Source: Octopus vulgaris
Taxonomy: Eukaryota
DNA: 64,000 nt
Assembly (NCBI GenBank): GCA_951406725.2
Contig: OX597831.1
Location: 47,058,001 to 47,122,000 of the forward strand
Direction of reading: 5' to 3'
Position 1 is the stretch's first letter, and each line of letters starts with the position of its first letter. The translations under genes were made by a program, and so were the position numbers. A model generated the notes under the pieces. The model was not told where the DNA came from, searched no databases, and saw only the letters and a program-made list of their open reading frames with translations. This document shows, piece by piece, positions 39,350 to 52,014 of this stretch.

Positions 39350-39678
39350 CTAGCAGTATCGCCCGGCGTTGCTCGGGTTTGTAAGGGAAATAACTATACA
39401 GCATTTTTAGAGAGTTATAGCCAAAAAATAGCAAAAAAATGCATTAAAAATGGAAAAAATATGATGGTAAATTTTTTTTTAAATCGACCCCAGTACTTAT
39501 TCTTTGTAAGCCTAGTACTTATTCTATCGGTCTCTTTTTGCCGAACCGCTAAGTAACAGGGATATAATCACACCAGCATCGGTTGTCAAGCGATGTTGGT
39601 GGGGACAAACACAGACACACAAACACACACACACATATATATACATATATATATACATATATATACGACGGGCTTCTC
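39350..39678 (-). mobile_element. Helitron 3' fragment fused to a SINE A fragment
   Basis: Helitron end at 39350. The sequence switches to SINE A at the shared aaatcg (~39481-39486). Confidence 0.65.
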
Positions 39679-40084
39679 AAATTAAGAAACACCAGCCAAC
39701 ACTACAATCATTAGAGCATAAAGGAAATTCTTGGTCTCTCCTATCTTTGTTACTGAGTAGACAAAATACGAGTTTACATCAATATAATTCTTCTTTCTTT
39801 GCCATGATGTTGCACAAGTTTAACAGTTTAAAACCAGATTAATTTTACTAAAACTTGTAATTTGCCTGCCTCTTTTCCCTCTTTCAGAGAGACTGGTTCC
39901 TTAGCTATGAGAAATATTGAGTGGCCAATGCTTAAGAGTTAATTATTCATGAAGTACATGCAGAACAACGAAAATCCAAACAATGATGTATCTATTCATT
40001 CTCAATACATACATATCTAACCAAATACCCACTTACATTGTTTAAAATAAGCTGATATCTTCTGATGACGAAAATCAACAATAA

Positions 40085-40735
40085 TAATGAAATTATTGTA
40101 TACAGTGCTCAGGTGCACCACAACTTGTAAAAAGTGCATATAAAGCATATGCAGTAATGTACAAATGTCTGGAAAGTGAACAGTAACAGTGTATGAGTCA
40201 GATATATGCTTGCATGTGTATGGAGGGGAGAAAATCAGGTGTAGTGTTGGCGAATCTCAGGAAGCATGGAAATTTTGAAGGACGCAGTGCTCCGGCAACT
40301 AACAACTGATGCCGGCAGTCTGTTCCATGTTTCAGCAACTCTTAGCGTGAAAAAATGTTTCCAAAAGTCATGGGAGCTGTGTTGTTTTCTGACTTTGTAA
40401 ACATGTCCATGGGTGTTAGACAGGTGGAGTTTGAAAAGGGGCTCAGAGTTATTGTTAGTAAGATGGTTAATAATTTTATGGGTGTCTGCCAAGTCAGCTG
40501 CCAAATGTTGGAGTTTCAATGTATCCATTCCCAGGGAAGTAAGGCATTCAGAATATAGCAAATGCCTGATGGAGGGTATTCTCTTGGTTGCACATCACTG
40601 AATGGTTTCCAGGCGATTAATATTCTGGGCAAAATAGGGGTTCCAGACTGGTGATGCAAATTCCAGGTGAGGCCGCATCATAGCTATATAAAGCCTCAGA
40701 TAGATAATTGGAGAACGGTTCACTAAGGACTTGGC
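40085..40735 (-). mobile_element. CR1/L2-clade LINE 3' remnant
   Basis: DLADTHKIINHL...THGHVYKVRKQHSSHDFWKHFFTLRVAETWNRLPASVV...ASFK is a typical CR1 ORF2 C-terminus. Confidence 0.8.
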
Positions 40736-41677
40736 AATGATAATATATATTCGAATTACCTAGGAATGTATTGAGAGTGAAATACATTATTATATAAGAA
40801 TTATTTCCATTTAATATCATTACTAGATTTGTTTTTATAGTTTACTCTTAATAAATAAAACAACTTGCCTTTTTGCGTTGACTTATGATTTGTCAGTTTG
40901 AATTTCTTACAAGTAATTTGTTGTTGTTGGCATTTTGTTCATCATTATGTTCTGAGTTCAAAATTTTGCCGACACAGACTTTACCTTTCATCCTTTTGGA
41001 GTCGATAAGTACTGGAGTTGATGTAATCTAATCGACTTACCCACTCCCCCGAAATTGCTGACCTAGTGCCAAAATTTGAAACCATTATTATTATTATTAT
41101 TATTATTATCATCATCATCATCATTATTATTTACTTTTAGTCTGCATGTTTGTTACAGTCACTCACTGAGACACACCCAGTGTCCTAGGGCAAGTGAAGG
41201 ATAAGAGATGATGGGGAGGGATTATTATTATTATTATTATTATCTTTATTATTATCATCATTATTATTTTTATTATTATCATTGTCATTATTATTTAATT
41301 GGTGAGCTGGCAGAATCATTAGCACACCCGGCAAAATGCTTTGTTTAATTTCATCCAACCTTACATTCTGAGTTCAAATTCTGCTGAGGTCGACTTTGTT
41401 TTTCATCCTTTCAGGATCAATAAATTAAGTACCAGTCAAATACTGGGGTCAATGTAATCGACTAGTCCTCTCCCCCAAAATTTCAAGCCTTGTGCCTTTA
41501 TTAGAAAGGATTATTATTGTTATTATTCTGTCTTTACATTCTGAGTTCAAATCCTGCCATGGTCGACTTAGCTTTTCATGCTTTTGTGATGGATAAAATA
41601 ACTTGAACATTGGAGTTGATGTAATCGACTTAACCTCTTCCTTGAAACTGCTGGCCAAAATGTGAAATCATTATCAG

Positions 41678-42402
41678 GAACCTGTCGAAGAGGTAGACCC
41701 AGGAAGACATGGGATGAGGTGGTGAAGCATGGCCTTCAAATATGGGCTTCACAGAGACAATGACAGGAGACCAAGACCTTTAGAGATATGCTGTGACTGA
41801 GAAGACTTGGCAACTAAAGTGAGATCGCAGCCACACATGTCTGGCCAAGTTAAGAGTACCCCTGATGAGTCGGGCAATATGATATACTCAAGAAAACCTG
41901 TTGAGTCAAGTAAAACCAATATCGTAGCTGTGGCCAGTGCCCCATGACTGGCTCCTGTACCGATGGAACATAAAAAGCACCATCAAAATGAGGTCGATGT
42001 CAGGTCCACCTGACTGGCTCCTATGCCAGTGGCACATAAAAAGTACCATCAAAGGTGGCTGATACCAGTACCCCCTACTAGCTCTCGTGCCAGTGGCACG
42101 TAAAAAGCACTATCTGAACGTGGCCAATACCAGTACCCACTGACTGGCCCCTGTGCTGGTAGCACATAAAAAGCACTATCTGAACGTGATTGATGCCAAG
42201 CCTGCTTGACTGGCTCCTGTGCCGGTGGCACATAAAAAGCACCCACTACACTCTTGGAGTGGTTGGCATTAGGAAGGGTATCCAGCTGTAGAAACATTGC
42301 TGGATCAGACTGGAGCCTGGTGCAGCCGCTGGTTCTCCAGACCTCAGTCGAACCATCCAACCCATGCCAGCATGGAAAACGAACGTTAAACGATGATGAT
42401 CA
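41678..42402 (+). mobile_element. RTE-like LINE 3' end with ~65-bp tandem repeats in the 3' UTR and a (GAT)n tail
   Basis: RGRPRKTWDEVVKH... followed by repeated tgactggctcctgtgccggtggcacataaaaagcac units, ending gttaaacgatgatgat. Related copies at 53195-53600, 56700-57006 and 60879-61340. Confidence 0.7.
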
Positions 42403-42600
42403 TGATATAAGTGCAGGAGTGGCTGTGTGATAAGTTGCTTGCATCCCAACCACATTGTTCTGGGTTCAATCCCATTGCGTGGCACCTTGGACAAGTCTCT
42501 TCTATAGCCTTGGGCCGACCAAAGCCTTGTGAGTGGATTTGGTAGACAGAAACTGAAAGAAACCCCATTGTGTGCGTGTGTGTGTGTGTGTGTGAGTGTG

Positions 42601-42641
<41 letters not shown>

Positions 42642-44211
42642 ATGTGCGTGTGCGTGTGTGTGTGTGTGTCTGTATCTGTGTTTGTCCCACCATCATTGCT
42701 TGACAACCAATGGTGGTGTGTTTACATCTCCCATAACTTAGCAGTTCGGCAAAAGAAACCGATAGGATAAGTATTAGGCTTGCAAAGAATAAGTCCTGGG
42801 GGCAATTTGTTCGACTAAAGGCGGTGCTCCAGTATGGCCGCAGTCAAATGACTGAAACAAATAAAAGAATAGTGTAACTAAGGACGAATATCTACCCTCT
42901 AGGCCAAAGTATATCAGTTTTATTTGGTTATTAATTAGGCTTTTTTTGGCTGTTGGCTTGTGTTTCACCCTGTGTATTATATATGCACTTTTGACTATCA
43001 TTGCTACCTTTTTTCAATTGATTTTTGCTGCTTTTTGTCTCCTCTTTTACCCTTTTCCCGACTAGTTGTAGTGCACCTGAGTACTGTATACATACAATAA
43101 GCTCATATTGTATTGGTAAACACCATTTTCACAAGAAGCATTTCAAGTTATGTTATTTAGTCCCAAGTCAACAACGATCAAACAGACATATGAACAAAGG
43201 TATTCCAGCCATAGCTATCCTATGTTTATATGCAAATAGTGGATCTAAGATTATATTACCTGACGTGTCCTATATTTTTAAAACACTTGGATGTGATTTG
43301 AAAGAGATTTGGCTGCGATTTCTAGCAGATTGAACGACCACATTGAGGTTCCTTCATTGGAGGAAGGGAGAAAAGAGTGGAAGCGGTAGTAGGAGGAGAC
43401 TACTACAATAGTCAATGTCCTCTGCTTGTCAAAGAAAAAGAAAACAAAAAGTAGAGCAAGGACATAAAAAAAGGAAAGCAAAGCAGAAACATCACCAGCA
43501 ATAACAACTATGAACCAGTAAACAAGATGGGATGGTCCCATCTGGAATGCCTTTGATCATTGTCCTGCTCGATCAGAGCTGATCTAGGGTTCATCAATAG
43601 TATCAATCACAAAATAGTTAGGGAGTCTTTACGCAGTCATTTGATCTGCTAGAAACAACAGCGAAATTCCTTCAAATCACACGTCAGCTAATGTGAACCC
43701 TAGGTTCCTTGTACACGAAAAAGGCAGGATGGTCATGGCAGTATTAATTTTGATTAGAGGTTTGCTCAATCAACGTTGACCAGGGGCTAAACAACACCAA
43801 CAACTGTAAGCTAGAAGGGAAGATTCTATACGTGGTTACTCAATCTGCTAGAAACAGAAGCTAAATCTCCCACAAATTGCTGGCTTTGGAAAAGAAAGGA
43901 CTCATTGGATAATGTAGACATGGACATACTTATATAAAAAAAAATAAGATGAAATAAAATAGAATAAAAGGGGAGGGCTATGGTTGGATGCTCATTCATG
44001 GCTGAACTGGAAATAAACAACACAAGAGAAAAAAAACACTCATCATATAGGCGCAGGAGTGGCTGTGTGGTAAGTAGCTTGCTTAACCACATGGTTTCGG
44101 GTTCCTTCCCACTGTGTGGCACCTTGGGCAAATGTCTTCTACTATAGCCTCAGGCCAACCAAAGCTTTGTGAGTGGATTTGGTAGACGGAAACTGAAAGA
44201 AGCCTGTCGTA

Positions 44212-44300
<89 letters not shown>

Positions 44301-45980
44301 ATATGTTTGTGTGTCTGTGTTTGTCCCCCACAACATTGCTTGACAACCGATGGTGGTGTGTTTACGTCCCCGTAACTTAGCGGTTCGGCAAAAGAGACTG
44401 ATAGGATAAGTACTAGGCTTCCAAAGAATAAGTTCTGGGGTCGATTTGCTCGACTAAAAGGCGATGCTCCAGTATGGCCACTGTCAAATGACTGAAACAA
44501 GTAAAAGAGTAAAGAGTAAAGAGGGTATACACAGAAAAAAAAAACACTCAACATACACAAAAGCAGCAGCAATAACAGCAACATCAACAAAAATGGGAGC
44601 ATCAGTGTTACTAATGACAACGAAGTAGACGGAGCAAACATTATCATCATTAAGAATATATCTATGTATCTCTGACCTGGTTACACAATAATAGCAACTG
44701 CTGCAAATTGCACTGTTATTACCACCATCACAACCACCACCACCACCACCTGATTGACCTGCTAGAAATAGCAGCCAAATCTTGAAATCATTACTGAAGG
44801 TGGAAAATTGGCAGAAACATTAGCACGCCAGGCGAAATGCTTAGCGATATTTCGTCTGCCGCTACGTTCTGAGTTCAAGTTCCGCCGAGGTCAACTTTGC
44901 CTTTCATCCTTTCAGGGTCGATTAAATAAGTACCAGTTATGCACTGGGGTCGATATAATCGACTTAATCCGTTTGTCTGTCCTTGTTTGTCCCTCTGTGT
45001 TTAGCCCCTTGTGGGTAGTAAAAAAATAGGTATTCCATCCGTCTTTACTTACGTTCTGAGGTCAAATTCCGCCGAGGTCGACTTTGCCTTTCATCCTTTC
45101 GGGGTCGATAAATTAAGTACCATTTACACACTGGCGTCGATGTAATCAACCTAATCCCTTTGTCTGTCCTTGTTTGTCCCCTCTATGTTTAACCCATTGT
45201 GGGCAATAAAGAAATAAGAATTGTCACAACGTTGGACAAAATGCTTGGTGGTATTTGTTCTGGGTTTATGTTTTAAGTTCAAATTATGCTGAGATAGATT
45301 CTTTCAAAGCTGATAAAGTAAGTAGCAGCCAAGTAAAGGAGTTGATGTAAATGACTTGCTCCTCAAAATTGCTGGTCTTGGGCCAAAACTAGAAAGAATT
45401 ATTATTAGTTGTTAGCACACTGGGCAAAATACCTAGCAGTATTTTATCCATCTTTACATTCTGAGTTCAAATTCCAACTTTGCCTTTCATTGAACACTGG
45501 GGTTGAAGTAATTGACTTAACCCCTGCCCTGAACTTGCTGGGCTTGCACCAAAATTTGAAGCCATGATTATTATCATCACTATCCTTAAGGCAGCAATCT
45601 GACAGAACCATTAGCACACCAGATGAAATGCCCAGCAGCATTATTGTCTGTCTGTAAGTTCTAAGTTCAAATTCCACCAGGGTTGGCTTTGCCTTTCATC
45701 CTTTTGGGGTTGATAAAATAAGTACTAGTTGAACACTGAGGTCAATGTAATTGACTTAGAACCCATCCCACCCAAACCTGCTGCCCTTGTGCCAAAATTT
45801 GGAACCCATCATTATTATTATTCATTAGTTAATTTTATCACAGTGAATAGATTTAGCTTGCTTACGAACCACATGGTTCTGGGTTTAGTCCCACTGCATG
45901 GCACCCTGGGCAAGTGTTTTCTACTATAGCCTCGGTCTGACCAAAGCCTTGTGTTGTATATATGTATGTATATATATATT

Positions 45981-46029
<49 letters not shown>

Positions 46030-46052
46030 GTATATATATATATATGTGTATG

Positions 46053-46084
<32 letters not shown>

Positions 46085-47677
46085 CGTGTGTGTATATATG
46101 TTTGTGTGTCTGTGTTTGTCCCCCCAACATTGCTTGACAACCAATGCTGGTGTGTTTACGTCCCCGTAACTTAGCGGTTCTGCAAAAGGAGACCAATAGA
46201 ATAAATACTAGGCATCCAAAGAATAAGTCCTGGGGTCAATTTGCTCGACTAAAGGCGGTGCTCCAGCATGGCCACAGTCAAATGACTAAAACAAGTAAAA
46301 GAGTAAAGAGTAAAAGAGAGTAAATTATTCTCTAATTGAAATATTAAGTACTTGCATACAACAGCAGAAGTTAAAAAAAGTAAAATGTCTCCAAAACTGA
46401 CCATAGTGTGACAGAAGCCCAGAAATAATGGGGCCAGAAAAGACAAATAATAATTATAAATAAATAGGAGTGGCTGTGTGGTAAGTAGCTTGCTTACCAG
46501 CCACATGGTTCCGGGTTCAGTCCCACTGCGTGGCACCTTGGGCAAGTGTCTTCTACTATAGCCTCGGGCCAACTAAAGCCTTGTGAGTGGATTTGGTAGA
46601 CGGAAACTGAAAGACGCCCGTCGTATATATGTATATATATCTGTGTGTGCGTGTGTGTTTGTGTGTCTGTGTTTGTCCCCCTAGCATTGCTTGACAACCG
46701 ATGCTGGTGTGTTTACGTCCCCGTCACTTAGCGGTTCGGCAAAACATACTGATAGAATAAGTACTGGGCTTAAAAAAGTATAAGTCCCGGGGTCGATTTG
46801 CTCGACTAAAAGGCGGTGCTCCAGCATGGCCGCAGTCAAATGACTGAAACAAGTAAAAGAGTAAAGAGTAAAGAGTAAATAAAAATATAGTGGAAGACAG
46901 ACAAACAAATGGTACTAAGTGAAAAAAAAAAAAAAGGGTAGACTATTGAACTGTTTTGGTAGACAGTACCAACTTTCTTCGAAAAGTTCCAGCAACTTGT
47001 ATGCATTTCTGGAATTTGAAAAATTGTTTCTGCTGAAACAGTTTGCCAGCAGTTCTGTTTTAAAGCTTAAAGAATTGAAAGCGGAATCAGAGTCTCTTCA
47101 TTGCCTCAATGAAAAGGTCAAGCTTGATCCACTTCTTTTTAAGCACAGGAAGTACTTTAGCATCGCAAAATCTGGGCCATCGTGTTTTGAATGTGATCAG
47201 GAAGGAAAGTTAGATAAAGAAGAAAACAAAACATGTATTTCATTTATTATTTTAAAAATTTGTTTTGTTCTTTTTTCTTTTTTCGCTTATTTTCTCAATG
47301 TAAGTTGTGTCAAGCTCAATGTTGGATGTGCCATAATGGTACTATCAAAGTGAATGTCTTGATTATGATTGTAGTGAAAGACATGGAACACCACAGACAG
47401 AATCATTGCAAATGACGTCAGCATCGCCTTATGGAGAGTATACATTCATACACATATTTCTGCTCTTACTACTCTGAGTTCTTCCATCATTTCAAAATCT
47501 TGCTTATAATCTGTGTGTGTGATGTCCATATATAATTTAATTTATATATATATATATATGTATGTATATACACACATATATATAAAAATAAAGATAAGAT
47601 CATTATTTAAATATCAAACATATCAAGTGGCAAGCATGGAAATAAAAACCTTCAAAGGTAATAATTATTATTAATTA

Positions 47678-47838
47678 AAATTATAATTTAGGGTATCTAA
47701 GAGATACCACCATGCTTTAAATAGCAGCCAAAATTTGACTCTAAAACCGCTTTAAAAATTTTAATGCGGTTTTAGAGTCAAATTTTGGCTGCTATTTAAA
47801 GCATGGTGGTATCTCTTAGATACCCTAAATTATAATTT
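47678..47838. repeat. 161-bp near-perfect palindrome (80-bp arms, one mismatch)
   Basis: aaattataatttagggtatctaagagatacc...ccgctttaaaa-a-ttttaatgcgg...ggtatctcttagataccctaaattataattt, between (TA)/(CA) microsatellites. Confidence 0.9.
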
Positions 47839-47892
47839 ACACACATATATATATATATATGTTATGTGTACACACACAGACACACACATATA

Positions 47893-47959
<67 letters not shown>

Positions 47960-49262
47960 TATTTGTACACACTCACACACACACATATCTTCTGGTGATG
48001 TACTTATCTGGCAAGTGATTCGACTTGAGATAATGTGGTGAAACTAAAGCAATTACATTGTGGGAAACACATATTAGTAGTTCAAAAACATACAAAAACT
48101 GGTTACTTCACATTATTATTTATTATTTGTTCTCAAGGTTTTGCAGTGCATTAACAGCAACCTGATCACTGACTCAATGTGATGTAAAGTTTAACACCAA
48201 ATAATGTTTAACGAGCTGGCAGAAACGTTAGAATGTCAGGCGAAATGCTTAGCAGTATTTCGTCTGTCTTTATGTTCTGAGTTCAAATTCCGCCGAGGTT
48301 GACTTTGCCTTTCATTCTTTCGGGGTTGATAAATTAAGTACCAGTTGCATATTGAAGTCGATCTAATTGACTGGCCCCTTCCTTCAAAATTTCAGGCCTT
48401 GTGCCTAGAGTAGACGCTGAGGTTAACTTTGCCTTTCATCCTTTCGGGGTTGATAAATTAAGTACCAGTTGCATACTGAAGTCGATCTAATCGACTGGGC
48501 CCTTCCTCCAAAATTTTAGGCCTTGTGCCTAGAGTAGAAAAGAATAACTGTTTAAATGAGGTTAAAAGTTTCTGTGTTCTTCTGAATAGCTAATATGTCT
48601 CCCACAGGGTGGTGAGCTGGCAGAATTGTTAGCACGCTGGGCAAAATGCTTGGTAGTATTACATCCATCTTAAAATTCTGAGTTCAAATGTTGCCTAGGT
48701 CAACTTTGCCTTTCATCCTTTCAGGGTTGATAAAATAAGTACCAGATGAGTACTGGGGGTCAATGTGCTAGGTTTACTCCCCTTCGAGATCACTAAAATA
48801 AGTACCAGCTGAGCACTGGGGTCAGAGTAATTGACTCACTCTCTCCCTTCCATAAAATTACTGGCCTCATACCAAAATTTGAAACCAATATGTCTTTTAC
48901 ACTGTAATTGTGTGTGTGTGTGTGCGTGCGTGTATGAGATTGCTCATTGATATTGGTAACCTGTATTCCAGTACAACCTGTCGCATGGTCAGGCTGTCTG
49001 TGGTTGAACCAGCAATCCTGTCAACACTGCTTGGTAAGAAATGTGATTTTGATTCAGCACTCTGCAAGATGGAAAACAAACACTCACAACAGATGGATGA
49101 ATTCAATAGAGTCAATAGCCATCCATCAACTGGGAATGAAAGGCCACTGGTCATTGTTTAGACATCTCTATAGGAAAAGGAAAACTCAGATGTAACACTA
49201 ATGACTTCATTTGTATCCAATGGTGTACATTTCTTCATTTTCTGGGAACAAAAGTGTACATA

Positions 49263-49614
49263 ATTTACATTATTTACATTTGATAGATATTTGTCCTCAT
49301 CTTGTTTGCTGATATACCCTCCAGCCTTCATCAGGTGTCTTGGGGAAATTTCGAAACTGGGTTTTCATTCCTATTCTCATTCGAAGTTATTATTATTATT
49401 CTCATTCTCATTCGATGTTGTTGTTGTTATTATTATTATTATTGTTATCATTATTATTATCATTATTATTATTTAAGGTCATTGCCTGGAATCGAACTCA
49501 GAATCTTGGGGTTAGTAGCCCGCGCTCTTAACCACTACGCCATATGCCCGTAGACATATGGCATAGTGGTACATAATTATGTACATAATTCCTCATCTCT
49601 AAAATATAGAAGTG
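49263..49614 (-). mobile_element. TSD-flanked element: tRNA-like head, (TAA)n, hammerhead remnant and a local inversion
   Basis: 13-bp direct repeat aaaagtgtacata at 49250-49262 and 49615-49627. tRNA-like head at 49477-49549 (minus: GGGCATATGGCGTAGTGGTTAAGAGC...GAGTTCGATTCC). CUGAUGA-A-G-GCUG...CAGC-AAAC at 49304-49334. Confidence 0.6.
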
Positions 49615-50199
49615 AAAAGTGTACATAGTTTAGAAAGTGTAATTGGTGCTGTGCAAGGACTTTCCTTACTTTAACCCATTAGCATTCAGACTCCTTTTAT
49701 CAAATGTAATACTTATATATTTATATTTTATCAAATTAATCCTCAATTATCTTGTAGCTTTGAGATTTTGAAGATGTGATTGTGTAGTTTTTTAATGACA
49801 TTGTTGTGTAGGTGTGAGAAGCCAGATCTTGTCAGTTTGAACATAAAACAGATAGAATATTTCAGGTGGATATGGCCAGTTTAAATGCTACAGGGTTACA
49901 AAGCTTCAGGTACAAATCAAATATCACTTGATTTTTAATGTCTATATTATGTTGCATTCTATGGCTGGCCATAGTATAAAAAAGACAAAACACTCAATGA
50001 GAGATTCTATGATAGAATGAAGGCTTGTTGTTGTCAGTGTGGGTGTCCATCTTTGCCACATCTGAGCAAAACAGTGTTGGTCCTTAGCAAAGTGAAAAGC
50101 CACTTCTATGGTGGTTTAAGAGAACATTGAGGTGAGAGCATTGCTTGAGATTAAGTTGCAGCTATCATATACATGTGAACATGCATGCACACATACACG

Positions 50200-50234
<35 letters not shown>

Positions 50235-51652
50235 TATATTATATGTAAATATATCTCCTTTACTCTTTTACTTGTTTCAGTCATGTGACTGTGGCCATAC
50301 TGGAGCACCGCCTTTAGTCGAGCAAATCAACCCCAGGACTTATTCTTTGTAAGCCTAGTACTTATTCTATTGGTATCTTTTGCCGAACCGCTAAGTTGTG
50401 GGGATGTAAACACACCAGCATTGGTTGTCAAGCGATGTTGAGGGGATACACAAACATACACACACACATACATATATATATATGTATGTATATACGATGG
50501 GCATCTTTCAGTTTCCGTCTACCAAACCCACTCACAAGGCTTCGTAAGCAAGCTACTTACCACACAGCCACTCTTATGCCTATAAATATATATAAAGAGA
50601 ACACAAATGGTGTTTAAAATTTATGATAGCTGTTTCAGTAGAATTTTATAGATGTAGTCATAAATTACCTCATCTATAATAATAAATGTGAAATTCTGTC
50701 TGTCCGGGACCTCTCTATCTCTATCTCTATCTCTATCTCTATCAGTCTATATTTGCTCTACAAAGACACATTATACCTTCTTGAAATCAGGATGATCCTG
50801 AGATTGAAAATCTGTCTTTCATTTGGATCTTGAACATCCAGCATTAGGATCTGATTTAAAAGCATTTGGGTTGCTATTTCTAGCAGGTAAAGCTTGGCTG
50901 ATTCACACCATCTTGGTTGGCATTTGTCAGATGATATCCAAGATCAAGGGACAGATAAATGACATTCACTTCTCTTTTATTCTTTTACTTGTTTCAGTCA
51001 TTTGACTGCAGCCATGCTGGAGCACCGCTTTTAGTCAAGCAAATTGACCCCAGGACTTATTCTTTGGAAGTCTAGTACTTATTCTATCGGTCTCTTTTGC
51101 CGAACCACTAAGTTATGGGGACATAAACACACCACTATCGATTGTCAAGTGATGATGGTGGGGACAAACACAGACAAACAAACATATACACACACATACA
51201 TATGTATATATATATATACATATATACAACTGGCTTCTTTCAGTTTCCATCTACCAAATTCACTCATAAGGCTTTGGTTGGCCTGAGGCTATAGTAGAAG
51301 ACACTTGCCCAAGGTGCCACAGAGTGGGAATGAACCTGGAACCATATGGTTGGTAAGCAAGCTACTTACCACACAGCCATTCCTGTGCCTAACTTTGTTA
51401 ATTTTATGTCAAGATAAGAACTTTGGTACAAATTGGCCAACAGTTGGAACTCAAATTCAGGCTGGAACCATAGAATGATTGCATTACAGAATTAATTCTC
51501 ATCCATCCTTAACCTCTGATCAAGCGCCATTGAGATATATAGTCATTATAGACGTATTATAGTCATGCTATTTAGCCCTCTTCAGTTTGAAGAACTAACT
51601 TAAAAGTCCACACCAAGTGCAGCTTTTAAGTTAGTCTATTATAATTCCATTC

Positions 51653-52014
51653 GTGGAGGCACAATGGCCCAGTGGTTAGGGCAGCGGACTCGTGGTCATA
51701 GGATCGCGGTTTCGATTCCCAGACCGGGCGTTGTGAGTGTTTATTGAGCGATAACACCTAAAGCTCCACGAGGCTCCGGCAGGGGATGGTGGTGATCACT
51801 GCTGTACTCTTTCACCACAACTTTCTCTCACTCTTACTTCCTGTTTCTGTTGTACCTGTATTTCAAAGGGCCGGCCTTGTCACTCTCTGTGTCACGCTGA
51901 ATATCCCCAAGAACTACGTTAAGGGTACACGAGTCTGTGGAGTGCTCAGCCACTTACACGTTAATTTCACGAGCAGGCTGTTCCGTTGATTCGTAACCAA
52001 CGGAGTGCTTCCAC
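51653..52014 (+). mobile_element. SINE family C with 10-bp TSD
   Basis: Near-identical to 13898-14281 except for a short deletion near the 3' end. TSD aattccattc at 51643-51652 and 52015-52024. Confidence 0.85.

Noticed and set aside
47406-47420. CRE palindrome TGACGTCA next to an octamer-like ttgcaaat
   Set aside because: A single 8-mer is expected by chance in 64 kb and no linked gene is visible.
48960-49167. Possible minus-strand exon (ttcctatag...CAG|gttacc)
   Set aside because: Stops occur in all three frames near the acceptor and I see no homology or partner exon.
49477-49549. Functional tRNA gene (apparent ACT anticodon); also the SINE heads at 13898 and 51653
   Set aside because: Acceptor and T stems pair poorly and each is embedded in a TSD-flanked repeat, so these are SINE heads.
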